A DNA stretch of 63,818 nucleotides, the filler included, from Octopus bimaculoides (lineage: Eukaryota), in assembly GCF_001194135.2 (NCBI RefSeq). It is 8 parts of 7 records of this genome, joined end to end, with 100 filler letters (N's around TTAATTAATTAA, not from the genome) between each part and the next. Parts side by side here need not be neighbours in the genome. Positions count along the whole stretch, not along the records: positions 1 to 26,069 come from NC_068983.1; 7 more parts are not named here. One strand, 5' to 3'. The first letter of the stretch is position 1. The number at the start of each line of letters is the position of its first letter. A program made the position numbers and the translations under genes. The notes below the pieces were generated by a model that did not search any database, was not told the origin of the DNA, and saw only the letters and a program-made list of their open reading frames with translations. Positions 1 to 11,960 of the stretch are shown in pieces.

Positions 1-224
1 TCACCATAACTTTCTCTCACTCTTACTTCCTGTTTCTGTTGTACCTATATTTCAAAGGACCAGCCTTGTCACACTGTGTCACGCTGAATATCCCCAAGAA
101 CTACGTTAAGGGTACACGTGTCTGTGGAGTGCTCAGCCACTTGCACGTTAATTTCACGAGCAGGCTGTTCCGTTGATCGGATCGACTGGAACCCTCGACG
201 TCGTAAGCGACGGAGTGCCAACAA
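1..224 (+). mobile_element. tRNA-derived SINE family A, 3' part (cut by window start)
   Basis: Near-identical to the 3' half of the copies at 2602-2948 and 15052-15428 (GAGAACTACGTTAAGGGTACACGTGTCTGTGGAGTGCTCAGCCACTTGCACG...GACGGAGTGCCAACAA). Confidence 0.85.
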
Positions 225-239
225 TATGTATGTATGTAT

Positions 240-460
240 GTTCCGGTCATTTCAATATGTGACCGCGTGCGTATCGTTGGCGATTTTCGTTCTCCGTTTT
301 CCCTTCTTTGGACTTTTTCTATATTTCTGATGAAGAGCTCTGCTCGAAACGTGAAGTCCTCTTTCTTTTCTTTCCTTTCTTGAGCGTCCAATAACACTGT
401 ACTTATTCCACGTCCTCGCGTTGTTGTTTTTTCTTGCTTGTTCATATTTGGGTTGACTAT
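240..460 (+). mobile_element. Short repeat resembling a Penelope pLTR, with an HHR-like motif at 327-358
   Basis: CTGATGA-A-GAGC-TCT-GCTC-GAA-ACGT-G; pyrimidine-rich body ending in a microsatellite, same architecture as 62395-62581. Confidence 0.5.
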
Positions 461-492
461 GTGTATATATATATGTATGTATCGGCGTGTAT

Positions 493-527
<35 letters not shown>

Positions 528-1189
528 CGTGTGTGTGTGTGTGTGTATGGGTGCGTGTGTGTGGGTGGGTATATACATTATATAATATGTATGTGCTTAT
601 GTATATTTGCTTGCGTATGTATATTTGTATATACAGCTAAACATAGGCTATTGGCGAAAGAACATAACTCCATAATTCATATCCTTGTGGCTGACTGCCA
701 TACGTATCTAGGACAATAAAAATCTGCAAGATCTCAACATTTTAAGAATGACTCATTTTTGAACAGATTTACAAAAAGAAAGCAGATCCATCTTTTAACA
801 TATCCGTTCTTTACAATCCTGTCGCCGAAAATGAGGCCGTTCAAACTACATTCTAAAACCCTACCGTTGTGATAAGAACGATTTTGGAAGATGTGAGAAT
901 AATGTAGTAAGAAAGTCTAGGCAGAGCTGAGAAGAAAAGGAAGCCCCCTCCCCACTCTGCATGAGAGTGCTTCAACTCTTAATCCCTTATGCTCTAAGGA
1001 GCGGGTGGGGGAGCATTCAGGTCATGGCTTCTGGATACCCCTCTGCTACTACATTCTATTTATTTTTTTTATTGCAACCCTCCTGCGTCATTAAGGTGCC
1101 CCAGATCCAACGTTCCTTATATACTTTGGATTTGGGGAACCTTACCGTCATCGGAGAAAATATGTGAATAATACATTTCTAATCCTATC

Positions 1190-1400
1190 TCCAGGATTAA
1201 TCATTGCTATTTTCAGCAATATTTGTTGGATACAACAGTAGAATGTGGAAACCTGGCTTATAACTGCAATGTACATCGGCTTAGTCAAAGCTCGATGCTG
1301 GAAAAAGTATTTTCATTGCATGGGAAGTGGCAATCCCTTAAACGAATGCAGGATAATGTATTTCTGGGTTTGACTAAATCTTGGATGGTAGAATTAATTT
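1190..1400 (+). mobile_element. Degenerate hAT (Charlie/Buster-like) transposase fragment
   Basis: LLDTTVECGNLAYNCNVHRLSQSSML resembles the hAT motif 'EYGDLxYxxxVRWLSRGxVL'; homologous, inverted, to 5600-5740. Confidence 0.45.
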
Positions 1401-1637
1401 GTATGCCGTAGACTAACACTGTTACAATGTTTATTATAGCCCCCACCTTCTCCTTGGTGCCTTTAGCTGAGTTCGTTTTGTTGCAAGCACTCGGCCCGGA
1501 TCTCCGGTTAGTAAATAACTTTCTCCCCTTTTCACATTAAACACGGATGTCCTGAAGATAAAATTGGAGTATCATAGTGTCCTTGTTTTTTATGACTAAG
1601 CAATAGAAAAGTCAAAGTTTCAACAAAAATAGGATGT

Positions 1638-1867
1638 ATTATTTACATTCAACGGATATTTGTCCTCATCTTGTTTGTTGCTAACAAAACGTTTCGGCTG
1701 ATATACCCTCCAGCCTTCTTCAGATATCTTGGGGAAATTTCGAACCTGGGTTCTCATTCCTAAGGTATTTTTCGATGTTATTATTATTATTATTATTATT
1801 CAGGTCGCTGCCTGGAATCGAACTCGGAATCTTGGGGTTAGTAGCCCGCGCTCTTAACCGCTACACC
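1638..1867 (-). mobile_element. tRNA-head SINE family D (HHR-bearing), full-head copy
   Basis: Minus strand: GGTGTAGCGGTTAAGAGCGCGGGCTACTAACCCCAAGATTCCGAGTTCGATTCC (A- and B-box-like), then (AAT)n, body, and CTGAAGA-A-GGCTG..CAGCC-GAA-ACGT-T. Confidence 0.75.
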
Positions 1868-1899
1868 CAAGATTCCGAGTTTGATTCCAGGCAGTGACA

Positions 1900-1963
<64 letters not shown>

Positions 1964-2106
1964 CAACATCGAAAAATACCTTAGGAATGAGAACCCAAGT
2001 TCGAAATTTCCCCAAGACACCTGATGAAGGCTGGAGGATATATCAGCCGAAACGTTGTGTTAACAACAAACAAGATGAGGACAAATATCCGTCAAATGTA
2101 AATAAT
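1866..2106 (+). mobile_element. tRNA-head SINE family D, 5'-truncated inverted copy
   Basis: Reverse complement of 1638-1836 with a longer (AAT)n tract; lacks the first ~30 nt of the head. Confidence 0.8.
2016..2061 (+). ncRNA. Minimal type I hammerhead ribozyme-like motif
   Basis: Stem I GACAC(2016-20)/GTGTT(2057-61); core CTGATGA 2021-27; extra A 2028; stem II GGCTG/CAGCC; GAA 2049-51; palindromic ACGT 2052-55; H17=T 2056. Confidence 0.65.
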
Positions 2107-2217
2107 CTAAATAAGGTACATAATTCCTCATCTCTTAAATATAGAACTGGAAAAATAGGATGATTGCGCCTTGAACGATTTCAGTTACTGGTCTTTTCGA
2201 TTAAGAATCATCTAGAG

Positions 2218-2511
2218 AATGGGTTCCCAAACTTTTGTGGCTGCCACCTCCTTGGAATCCAGGCCACAATCGTAGCATCCACTTCCACTCACCAACTAAA
2301 ACACAGACCACTTTCTGAAGCAAATTCAAAACAACTGTATTTCACAAATAAAACATACCCTAATTAACCCATTGTTTTGTTATTTTTAGATCTATCGCTC
2401 CCTTTTGGACTCCTTATTATCGCCCTACTTTTCTTCGACGCCTTCCTGGATCTTTCCACCGCCCCCAGAGCAAGGAGTGGGGACAGTACCGCAACACTTT
2501 GGGAACCACTG
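2218..2511. mobile_element. hAT (Charlie-type) MITE
   Basis: Imperfect TIRs ..GGTTCCCAAA / TTTGGGAACCACTG; 8-bp TSD ATCTAGAG at 2210-2217 and 2512-2519 (NTCTAGAN is the known Charlie target preference). Confidence 0.8.
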
Positions 2512-2601
2512 ATCTAGAGTTAAACGACGGCAACAAGAACGATATTTAACTAGACCTTGGATCTTTAGATCATTTATTTTTTCTTCGTATTACTTACACC
2601 T

Positions 2602-2948
2602 GTGGAGGCGCAATGGCCCAGTGATTAGGGCAGCGGACTCGCGGTCATAGGATCGTGGTTTCGATTCCCAGGCCGGGCGTTGTGAGTGTTTATTGAGCGA
2701 AAACACCTCCACGAGGCTCCGGCAGGGGATGGTGGCGAACCCTGCTGTACTCTTTCACCACAACTTTCTCTCACTCTTTCTTCCTGTTTCTGTTGTACCT
2801 GTAATTCAAAGGGCCAGCTTTGTCACACTGTGTCACGCTGAATATCTCCGAGAACTACGTGAAGGGTACACGTGTCTGTGGAGTGCTCAGCCACTTGCAC
2901 GTTAATTTCACGAGCAGGCTGTTTCGTTGATCGGATCAACTGGAACCC
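2602..2948 (+). mobile_element. tRNA-derived SINE family A (ends in gap)
   Basis: Head GGAGGCGCAATGGCCCAGTG..TAGGG...GGTTTCGATTCCC; matches copies at 14527 and 15052. Confidence 0.9.
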
Positions 2949-5459
2949 NNNNNNNNNNNNNNNNNNNNNNNNNNNNNNNNNNNNNNNNNNNNNNNNNNNN
3001 NNNNNNNNNNNNNNNNNNNNNNNNNNNNNNNNNNNNNNNNNNNNNNNNNNNNNNNNNNNNNNNNNNNNNNNNNNNNNNNNNNNNNNNNNNNNNNNNNNNN
3101 NNNNNNNNNNNNNNNNNNNNNNNNNNNNNNNNNNNNNNNNNNNNNNNNNNNNNNNNNNNNNNNNNNNNNNNNNNNNNNNNNNNNNNNNNNNNNNNNNNNN
3201 NNNNNNNNNNNNNNNNNNNNNNNNNNNNNNNNNNNNNNNNNNNNNNNNNNNNNNNNNNNNNNNNNNNNNNNNNNNNNNNNNNNNNNNNNNNNNNNNNNNN
3301 NNNNNNNNNNNNNNNNNNNNNNNNNNNNNNNNNNNNNNNNNNNNNNNNNNNNNNNNNNNNNNNNNNNNNNNNNNNNNNNNNNNNNNNNNNNNNNNNNNNN
3401 NNNNNNNNNNNNNNNNNNNNNNNNNNNNNNNNNNNNNNNNNNNNNNNNNNNNNNNNNNNNNNNNNNNNNNNNNNNNNNNNNNNNNNNNNNNNNNNNNNNN
3501 NNNNNNNNNNNNNNNNNNNNNNNNNNNNNNNNNNNNNNNNNNNNNNNNNNNNNNNNNNNNNNNNNNNNNNNNNNNNNNNNNNNNNNNNNNNNNNNNNNNN
3601 NNNNNNNNNNNNNNNNNNNNNNNNNNNNNNNNNNNNNNNNNNNNNNNNNNNNNNNNNNNNNNNNNNNNNNNNNNNNNNNNNNNNNNNNNNNNNNNNNNNN
3701 NNNNNNNNNNNNNNNNNNNNNNNNNNNNNNNNNNNNNNNNNNNNNNNNNNNNNNNNNNNNNNNNNNNNNCAAAGAATGCCAGTTCTTCTAATTTATCCCT
3801 CTTTACAGATCTCATCTTTTAAATTTATTGTACAAAACTGTTCAGCTAATTTGTAAGATTGTCTAATTAGTCATTTTTTTCTGTATTTAAGGTAGTAAAT
3901 TACCAAATTCTACTTAAATAAGTATAGTGATATTTGTAAACTATAATAAAATATTTTTTAATATTCAAATTTTAATTTTAGCTGCAATATTTTACGTAAA
4001 AAGTTTCTTATTCTTTACTTTACCAGAAGTAATAGTTTGTCCTATACTTTTACAGATGTAACAACTTGCCCTGTACTTTTCCAGCTTTATAATCTTAAGA
4101 ATATGACTTTCCATGCTCGCATTTTTCCATGTAAACCATGATTTTTCCAGGCATTGCTGTCATAAGATAATTAATAATGTGTCAATTAATAGCTTAATAT
4201 TTTACCTTATAAAATACTGAAAGATAATATTTCAATTTTTCCATGAAAGTCATGATAATATTTCAATTTTTTTCACGTTTAATTTAAATATATGTTGTGA
4301 TTGAATTATTTGATATTACCCATCCACACCAAATTAATGGTAGAGATTTTTACTATGTTGTTGGTTGCACAATGGCTCACCAAAAGTTACAAACAACAAG
4401 ACCCCAAAACTATTAGTTACCACGCTCACCTTAAGTAACATGATTTTGCAATAAAAAATTACTATTATTGTACCTTCAATGTTATGTAAATATTTGGTTT
4501 TTCATAAATTAAAACCATTTTGTAAACCAAAAAAATCATTTTTAATTTCCAGGGCAGCCAAAGTATCCCCCTACCTAATAGGAGGATATTTTGGCTGCTA
4601 TTTTTAGTATCTCGAGCGACCAGGTAGAGGCTCTTTCAGTGGTTCGATTGCGTGATGTAATTTTTTACACATATATGTAATATGTATATATATATCATCG
4701 GCAGAAGTTAGAGAGTACGTCAAAACCTGAGAGTTTCGTGTATTGACACTTATCAAACACGAATTTGTCCATTGTCACTCGGTAACTTCTGACGAAATAA
4801 CTTCTAAAATACAAAATTTTGTCCAAAACGTTGTATGTGACACATTCTACCAGTATCGGAAGTTTGAAAGTGTTTAGTTAAAAAAAAAGAAAAATACTAA
4901 TGAAATAATCTGTACGTCAAAGTCGACCTTGGCGTAATTTGAACTCAAAAGCGTAAATATAGTTAAGCATTTCAGCCGGCGTGCTAACGTTTGTGCCAGC
5001 TAACAATCTTAGAGAGTAAGCATTGATTTTAGAAATATATTCTTTATTCTTATAGCTGAAACGTTACTCCCTTACTTACCGACAGGAAGTTTCGTAACAT
5101 TTTACCTCATAACTCTTTTTCTATTAAATTTTGTTCAATGCGACTAGCGATTCTGAATTCCTCATGCATTTTTCTATCATTTAAACCTAAGAAAGGCATA
5201 CTTGTAATTTAAAATTGAAAAGTTTATGAAGTCGCAGATATTTTGATGTAACTTTTTTTCTACTGAACTAAATCTCAAACTATTTATGCCAAAGTGTAGC
5301 TGAGGAGGTGTCCTCTTTAAAACTGTTAACAGTTTGCAATTTAGTTGAGAACTGAATTAGTGGTGAAGCCTGGAAGCTGCTGCGATTGACGAAATGGTGG
5401 ACTTAGGAATATATTCAACTACTACCGTGGTTGAATGATCATGTGTGTTGATTTTTATT

Positions 5460-5740
5460 AACATCTGTTACAACGAACCAGTGATATTTCCTCTACGTCA
5501 AGACAAGAACTGGCAACCTTTTTGCATATTTCAAGTTATTTAAAACAGACATAATGTCTACAATAAATGCAAAGTTTGGAAGCTTGCCGGGATCCTGAAG
5601 ATGTGAAGTATCCATTTTTTTTCCCTTTAAGGTCCTTCGACTAAGCCAACGTACATTGCTGCTATTAGTCAGATTCCCACATTCTTCATTTGTATCCAAC
5701 AAATACCGATAAATCTGGGAATGATTTAATCATTGAAAGA
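5460..5740 (-). mobile_element. Degenerate hAT (Charlie/Buster-like) transposase fragment
   Basis: LLDTNEECGNLTNSSNVRWLSRRTL and FAFIVDIMSVLNNL resemble 'YGDL..VRWLSRG' and 'LAFLVDIxxHLNxLN'. Confidence 0.55.
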
Positions 5741-5845
5741 GGTTTAAATTCAGTCTTCACAAACATGTCCATAACATTCTTTAATTTTAAAGATTTGGCA
5801 TATTGTGCCTCTTGATGGATAATACAATAAATCTTTTCTACCGAA

Positions 5846-6030
5846 ATTTAGTGGGAGGGGCCAGTAGATTAGATCGAACCCAGTACGCAACTGGTACTTA
5901 GTTTATCGACCCCGAAAGGATGAAAGGCAAAGTCGACTTCAGCGGAATTTGAACTCAGAACATAAAGACAGATGAAATATTGCTAAGTATTTCGCCCGGT
6001 GTGCTAACGTTTCTGCCAGCTCGCCGCCTT
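5846..6030 (-). mobile_element. SINE family B (abundant; consensus GGCGAGCTGGCAGAA.CGTTAGCAC.CCGGGCGAAAT...GAGTTCAAATTCCGCCGAGGTCGACTTTGCC)
   Basis: Reverse complement of the consensus seen at 11041. Other copies at about 4915-5005(-), 7255-7422(-), 17190-17395(-), 20430-20560(+), 21790-21990(-), 22830-23045(+), 25360-25575(+), 35155-35365(+), 51825-52235(+, two copies) and 63025-63130(+). Confidence 0.85.
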
Positions 6031-8119
6031 GACATTCTGAAATATTGCAAAAGGGACGAATGTGACATAAAAGGGGGCGGAAAATCATTATTCTAGGCAA
6101 ATGAGACAAAGTGGTTTTCAAATTTGATTTAATTTGCTTAGAATTCAGTGAAGAAGTAATCTTGTGTCGAAGTATCTGAAAATTTCGGCTTTAGTCTATC
6201 TTCGAATGTTTTGCATTCATTGCCATAGAAATCATACTATTCAGTTTTGTTTTGAAGTTCGAATTATTATACAGATGTCGTAACAAATATAATATCTGCT
6301 TCTTCTTATATATATATTGCAAGAGATTCCTTGAAGATATCTGACATACTTGACAATAATTGGCATTATTCGGTGTTAAAATTTTGATACCATTGTGTTC
6401 CTAGATTACGCAAAGGACAACGAAGTCTTGAAAATTGGAACGCAACTGGGCCTAAGGTTATTGTTACTGCTTTTTCTATCCACGTTCCCTTTTGTCTTCT
6501 GCTACGAAGGATTACCATTCAATTGGAATCCCTCAAACAAATTGTTCATTCTCCCGGCATTACCTACGTCTAGGGATGTTAAATATACCACCATTAAAAA
6601 CAAGATTAATTATCTATTATTATCGAGGATCGTCCCTCTATATCCACCTAGTTCCGTGCAACAAGTTTTCCGTATGCAAGTTTTAACCTGGGATAATCTT
6701 GGTACTAAGTCAGAAGATAAAACTGTGACCAGTGAACTGAAAGAGGCTATGTGGATTAGAACCACTCTTGGTACTAAGAGGATGAATTTCCCTTCAGATA
6801 GGAGACGCAGTGAATGAAGAGAGCCTATAAACGCCGTAACATCCATTGAACTCCATACAGCTGTCACAGAGTGAACTGTCTCTTCAGTATGCTTTTTAAC
6901 CATCAAATCTGAAGGAGCATCATAACACGGCAGACACAGAAAATGGATGATTGGTCCTAAATATTCCTTGCAAATCAATTGCATTTCTTCTGTATGTATG
7001 CATGTAAGAGTTGACAAAATACATAACTTATTGGAATGAATGATATTTTCTTTTTCGGTCAGAGAAGTTGTTTCTATTTGCAAATTTAAATGATCCTGCC
7101 GGTAAACATTCTCGTGTGTAAACTGTACGTATTGATGAGATGGTCCCACTTCTCGAGATTCACATATTGGTTTGGGATAAAATGGAACCTTGTTTGAAGA
7201 AACAATTTGTAATTTATTAAGTAGTTGTGTGTAACAATGAGAATAATAACAATAATAATCTTTTCTACTCTAGGCACAAGGCCCGAAATTTTGGTACTTA
7301 ATTTATCGACCTCGAAAGGATGAAAGGCAAAGTCGAACTTGGCGGAATTTGAACTCAGAACGTAAAGACAGCTGAAATACCGCTTAGCATTTCGCCCGGC
7401 GTGCTAACGTTTCTGCCAGCTCCTAATAAATTGTTTGCGAGCTGGGTAAGCATATTATCTCAGTACTGTGCGGCTGTATCTTGGCCGGTCGGATCTTGGC
7501 CTCGGGTCGCAGGTCGCATATCTCTTCTTTATGTGACAGCTCACAAATGAGGAAGAGAAAATATAAACTCACTCGAATCACTCTCTACTGTCTTAAAAAA
7601 AAAACCCAGAATAATCATTAAAAAACTCAGAATAGTCACAATAAATAAATGAGTGGAAATTGAACCAGTGAGTGTGTTAGGTATTAAGGCAGTATAACTC
7701 TCCCCAGGCACACAAAAAATTGTTAAACCTTATTCATTTATTTATTTTGACCAGTTATTTAATGTAATTCTTCGTCGCCTGCTTGCGACTTTCTGAAACC
7801 CAGTGAACCACGTCTGCGACCCCCAGTTGGAAGCTCTTTCAAAGATTATTCACTTTATTGTTGTTAAATATCATTGAAAATACATGAACGTCACAACGCA
7901 ACACAGTCCACCGTTTTACCGCTGAAAATTCGTGGCTCCAAGCGCACTTGTAAAAATATAGTAGTTTGAATTCAAATTTTGAAGCATTCCGTGTATTTTA
8001 GGCATCATCACTTCTACAAGTTATCAGTTTAAGTACAACAGAGTTATTTCCCTTAAGTAGAACTATGCGTGCGTGTTTTTTTCTGCATCGTGCATCAGTC
8101 ACACCCTTCTCGCTCTTAC

Positions 8120-8560
8120 AGCTGTCTCTCTTTCTCCTTCTCTTTTCCTCTCTCTCTCTCTCTCTTACTCTCTCCCACTTTCTAACTTAGTCTTTTTCCC
8201 CAATTCCAACCCTCTTGAAACGCATTAATCTGCTGTCACTCTCTCCCCCTCCCCCTCAACGATTGCCATTCACGTACGCCCTCACGCAAAGTGGCTTCTG
8301 TCTTCTCTCTCCTTCTTCTCTGTCTATCTCCCTTTCCATTTCCTTTCTCTGTCTCTCTCTCTCTTTTCTCTTCCTCCTTTTTTCCTCTGAACACGTTGGT
8401 CTCCCCTTCACTCTTTCACTCCCACCTTCACCGAATGCTACTCACGCATTGACTCCCTCTCGCTCTCTCTCCCCACCCTTTTTCTTTCTCCTTTTCTCTC
8501 TCACTCTATCTCAATCGGTTTCACTGTCTGGCTGTCTGTCTCTCTATCTCTACGTTTGTC
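8120..8560 (+). repeat. CT-rich polypyrimidine tract upstream of the PKC ATG (5' UTR or intron 3' end)
   Basis: Long (CT)n-rich low-complexity sequence; possible acceptor TTCAG at 8578-8582, six nt before the ATG. Confidence 0.6.
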
Positions 8561-8588
8561 TCACTCATAGTTGAATGTTCAGAAAAAC

Positions 8589-8737
8589 ATGGCTGACTCA
8601 GAGAACATTCCTCTGAAAGGAGTACAGCGCCGGGGAGCTTTACGGCAGAAAAATGTATTCGAGGTGAAAAATCATAAATTTGTACCCCGATTTTTCAAGC
8701 AGCCGACTTTTTGCAGTCACTGCAAGGATTTTATTTG
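8589..8737 (+). CDS. PKC: Conventional protein kinase C (PKC alpha/beta-like), first coding exon
   Basis: AAAAACATGG start context. Translation [49 protein letters not shown](W) contains the pseudosubstrate [10 protein letters not shown] and the start of C1A. Phase-2 donor TG|GTATGT at 8738, matching the recalled exon 1 boundary of vertebrate cPKCs. Confidence 0.95.
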
Positions 8738-9180
8738 GTATGTCAGTTAATTTCTATTTGTCTATCTTTACAATTCTAAGGAAAAATCAGTGTNNNNNNN
8801 NNNNNNNNNNNNNNNNNNNNNNNNNNNNNNNNNNNNNNNNNNNNNNNNNNNNNNNNNNNNNNNNNNNNNNNNNNNNNNNNNNNNNNNNNNNNNNNNNNNN
8901 NNNNNNNNNNNNNNNNNNNNNNNNNNNNNNNNNNNNNNNNNNNNNNNNNNNNNNNNNNNNNNNNNNNNNNNNNNNNNNNNNNNNNNNNNNNNNNNNNNNN
9001 NNNNNNNNNNNNNNNNNNNNNNNNNNNNNNTGTGCGAATAGTTGTTGATATTTCTCTCAACTCACTTTGCTTCTGTGCTTCATGTATGTAACTCTAAAGT
9101 CTAAAAAAACTGACAGTATGATAGGGAAAAGAGATTGACAGATAGATGGATAGATAAGTAGATGGATCGCTAGATTGACA

Positions 9181-9221
<41 letters not shown>

Positions 9222-11040
9222 TACATATATATATATATACACACATAGTATGTGTGTGTGTACATACATACGTGAGGGAGAGAGGGAGAGAGAGATAGAC
9301 AGAGGGCGGGAGGGAGAGAGAGAGACAGAGAGATTGCGAGACGGATAGATAGAAGCATTAATAGATATATAAATACATACATAGCTTGACAGATAATTAC
9401 AAATGTATACATAGAAAGACATGCAGTTTGTGTTCTTTTATTCTCTTTTATTTTTGTTATTTTCATTTCTTTTTATATATCTCGGCGGGGTTTTGCTCCG
9501 GTTTACTTCACCAACAACACCACAACAATACAAAAGCATCAACTTTACTACTACTACTGCTGTTACTTTTATAACAACTCCACCACACCAAACACCACTA
9601 GCGGTGCCCAAACATCAGCACCAACAACAACTCTCACCACCCACACGTCTCGATAATGCTGCCTATCATCATCATCATCGTCATAACCATCAATCTTGTC
9701 GTTCCTCTTCAGCATTCCTTCATCATCATCATCATCACCATCGTTTGTGCCTTTGACTTGATCTTAAGTGCGCGCGCGTGTGTGTACATAAATCGTTGAA
9801 AAGTACTTGATACTATAATAGATATGTGTGCGCGTAAAAATGTAGATATGTAATATGTATCACCGCACAAATTGTATGTTATGTATTTGTATATGACTGC
9901 GTGTGGTGCGTGTTTGCGTATGTGCATATGTACGTACGTGCATGTGCTTAAGTGTCTATATCTGAAAAAACATTCTATGTATGTGTGAATGAACGTATGT
10001 CTGTATATGTTCTTTATATTGCATGTACGTTTGCATGTGTCTATATTTGTAAATACCTGTATGTATGCCGTATGTGTCTATATACATGCTTGTATCTCTA
10101 CATGTCTATAAGTGTAAACAAGCGTATGTAGTGTGAATTTATATATGTAAACATAAGTGTGTTAGTATGTGGCGATGTGTAAATATGTCTGTTTGTGCCC
10201 ACAGAATTCCAGTATCTATCTACCTATCTGTCTGTCTGTCTATCTATCTGTCTATCTATCTATCAACGTGTGTATCACGTCTTTCTGTCTAGCTAGCTAT
10301 TTGTCTACTTTGACTATCTACAGCTATTGAAGGAAATGTTCTCTTGTTATAACATCAACAAATATCCTTATTAGCTATTATTGAAATAAGTACCAGTTAC
10401 ATACTGTTTGCCGATTCACTTGACTACACTACACCTACCCCTGCAAACGAGAGTGGCTTTGTGCCAATGTAAGATACTATCGTGGTAGTAGTAACAACAC
10501 TATCAAGTGGCAGAAACGGTAGAGTGCCAGACTAAAATACCCTACGGTATTTAGTTTCTTTTTTTACTTTTCCGAGTTCAAATCCAGTCGCGGTTGAGTT
10601 TGTTTTCATTTTTCCAGAGCCCCGTGATATCTGACCAGTGGTTCTGAAACTTATTTGTCATGGAACCCTTATGACAATTTTCCGAAAACCGCATAACCCT
10701 TGCCACCCAAAATTTTAATAGAAAATTGAAGTAAAACAAAAATTGTTATTGGGAAGAATATATTGATATTGATACATGCGTGCGTCTGTGTGTGTGTGTG
10801 TGTGTGCGTATTGTTTGAATAAAATGGTTAACGCTGTTTTCATTATTAAATTTTATTAAAAGATATTTAGCAGAAACCGAGAATTTTTTTCCCGGAACAC
10901 CGGAGTTCCTTGAAACTCATATTGGTTTAATAGACTGTAATAGATTATACTATTCCTTAAAAGTCTGTGGCCCTATGTCCGTGTTTAAAAGTATTGTTTT
11001 GTTGTTGTTGTTGGTGGTGTCATGAATATTATTGTTTTTA

Positions 11041-11960
11041 AGGTGGCGAACTGGCAGAAACGTTAGCACGCCGGGCGAAATGCTTCGCGGTATTTCGCCT
11101 GTCTTTGCGTTCTGAGTTCAAATTCCACCGAGGTCGACTTTGCTTTCATTCTTTCGAGGTCGATAATTTAAGTACCAGTTGCGTACTGGAGTCAATCTAA
11201 TCGGCTGGCCCCTTCCCCCAAAATTTCGGACCGTGTACCTACAGTAGAAAAGAATGTTGTTGTTGCTAGGCGGAATGCTTAGCGATATTTCGCCTGTTGC
11301 TACGTTCTGAGTTCAAATTCTACCGAGGTCGACTTTGCCTTTCATCCTTTCGGTGTCGATAAATTAAGTACCAGTGAAACACTGGTATCGATGTAATCGA
11401 CTAGTCCCCTCCCACCACATTTCAGGCCTTTTGCCTTGAGTAGAAAGGATTATGATTATTAATATGATTGTTGTAAGTTAAGGGAGAATCGTTAGCATAA
11501 TGGTCAAAATACTTGTGTGTGCGCATTGTTTGAATAAAACGGTTAACTCCCCAAAAATTTCAGATAGAAAGGATTGTTATAAGTACCAGTTGAACCAACA
11601 TTTGAAACCATTACTAGTGTTGTTATCAAGGCGGCGAGCTAGCAGAACCGTTAGCATGCCGGATAAAGTACTTAGCAGCATTTCGTCCGTCTTTACGTTC
11701 TGAGTTCAAACCCCGCCGAGGTCGACTTTGCCTTCCATCCCTGCGGAATCGATAAAATAAGTACCAGTCAAGTACTGGTGTGGATGTAATCGACTTCCCC
11801 CTCCCCTCAAAGACTATTGGCCCATGTCAAAATTTGAAGCTATTATTATTATTGTTGTTTCGGGATTCAATAAAATAAGTACCAGTGGAGCACTGGGGTC
11901 GATTACCTCGACTAGTCTCCTCCCCCAAAATTTCAGGCCTTGTGCTTTTAGTTGAAAGGA
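11041..11960 (+). mobile_element. Cluster of 3-4 same-orientation family B SINE copies
   Basis: Copies start near 11041, 11268 and 11630, with a tail-only piece near 11870; separated by (GTT)n/(ATT)n tails. Confidence 0.85.

Noticed and set aside
1835-1867. tRNA genes (here and at other SINE heads)
   Set aside because: These are tRNA-derived SINE heads fused to repeat bodies, without a complete cloverleaf.
2823-3856. Long ORFs spanning N runs (here and throughout) and VCVC/YIYI/HTHT ORFs
   Set aside because: Artefacts of gaps and dinucleotide microsatellites.
6395-7149. Overlapping 140-aa (+) and 179-aa (-) ORFs in non-repetitive sequence
   Set aside because: No recognisable domain or convincing splice pattern. 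It may be an old transposon remnant and needs a homology search.
9421-9756. His/Gln/Thr-rich 111-aa ORF
   Set aside because: Built from trinucleotide microsatellites, with no homology evidence.
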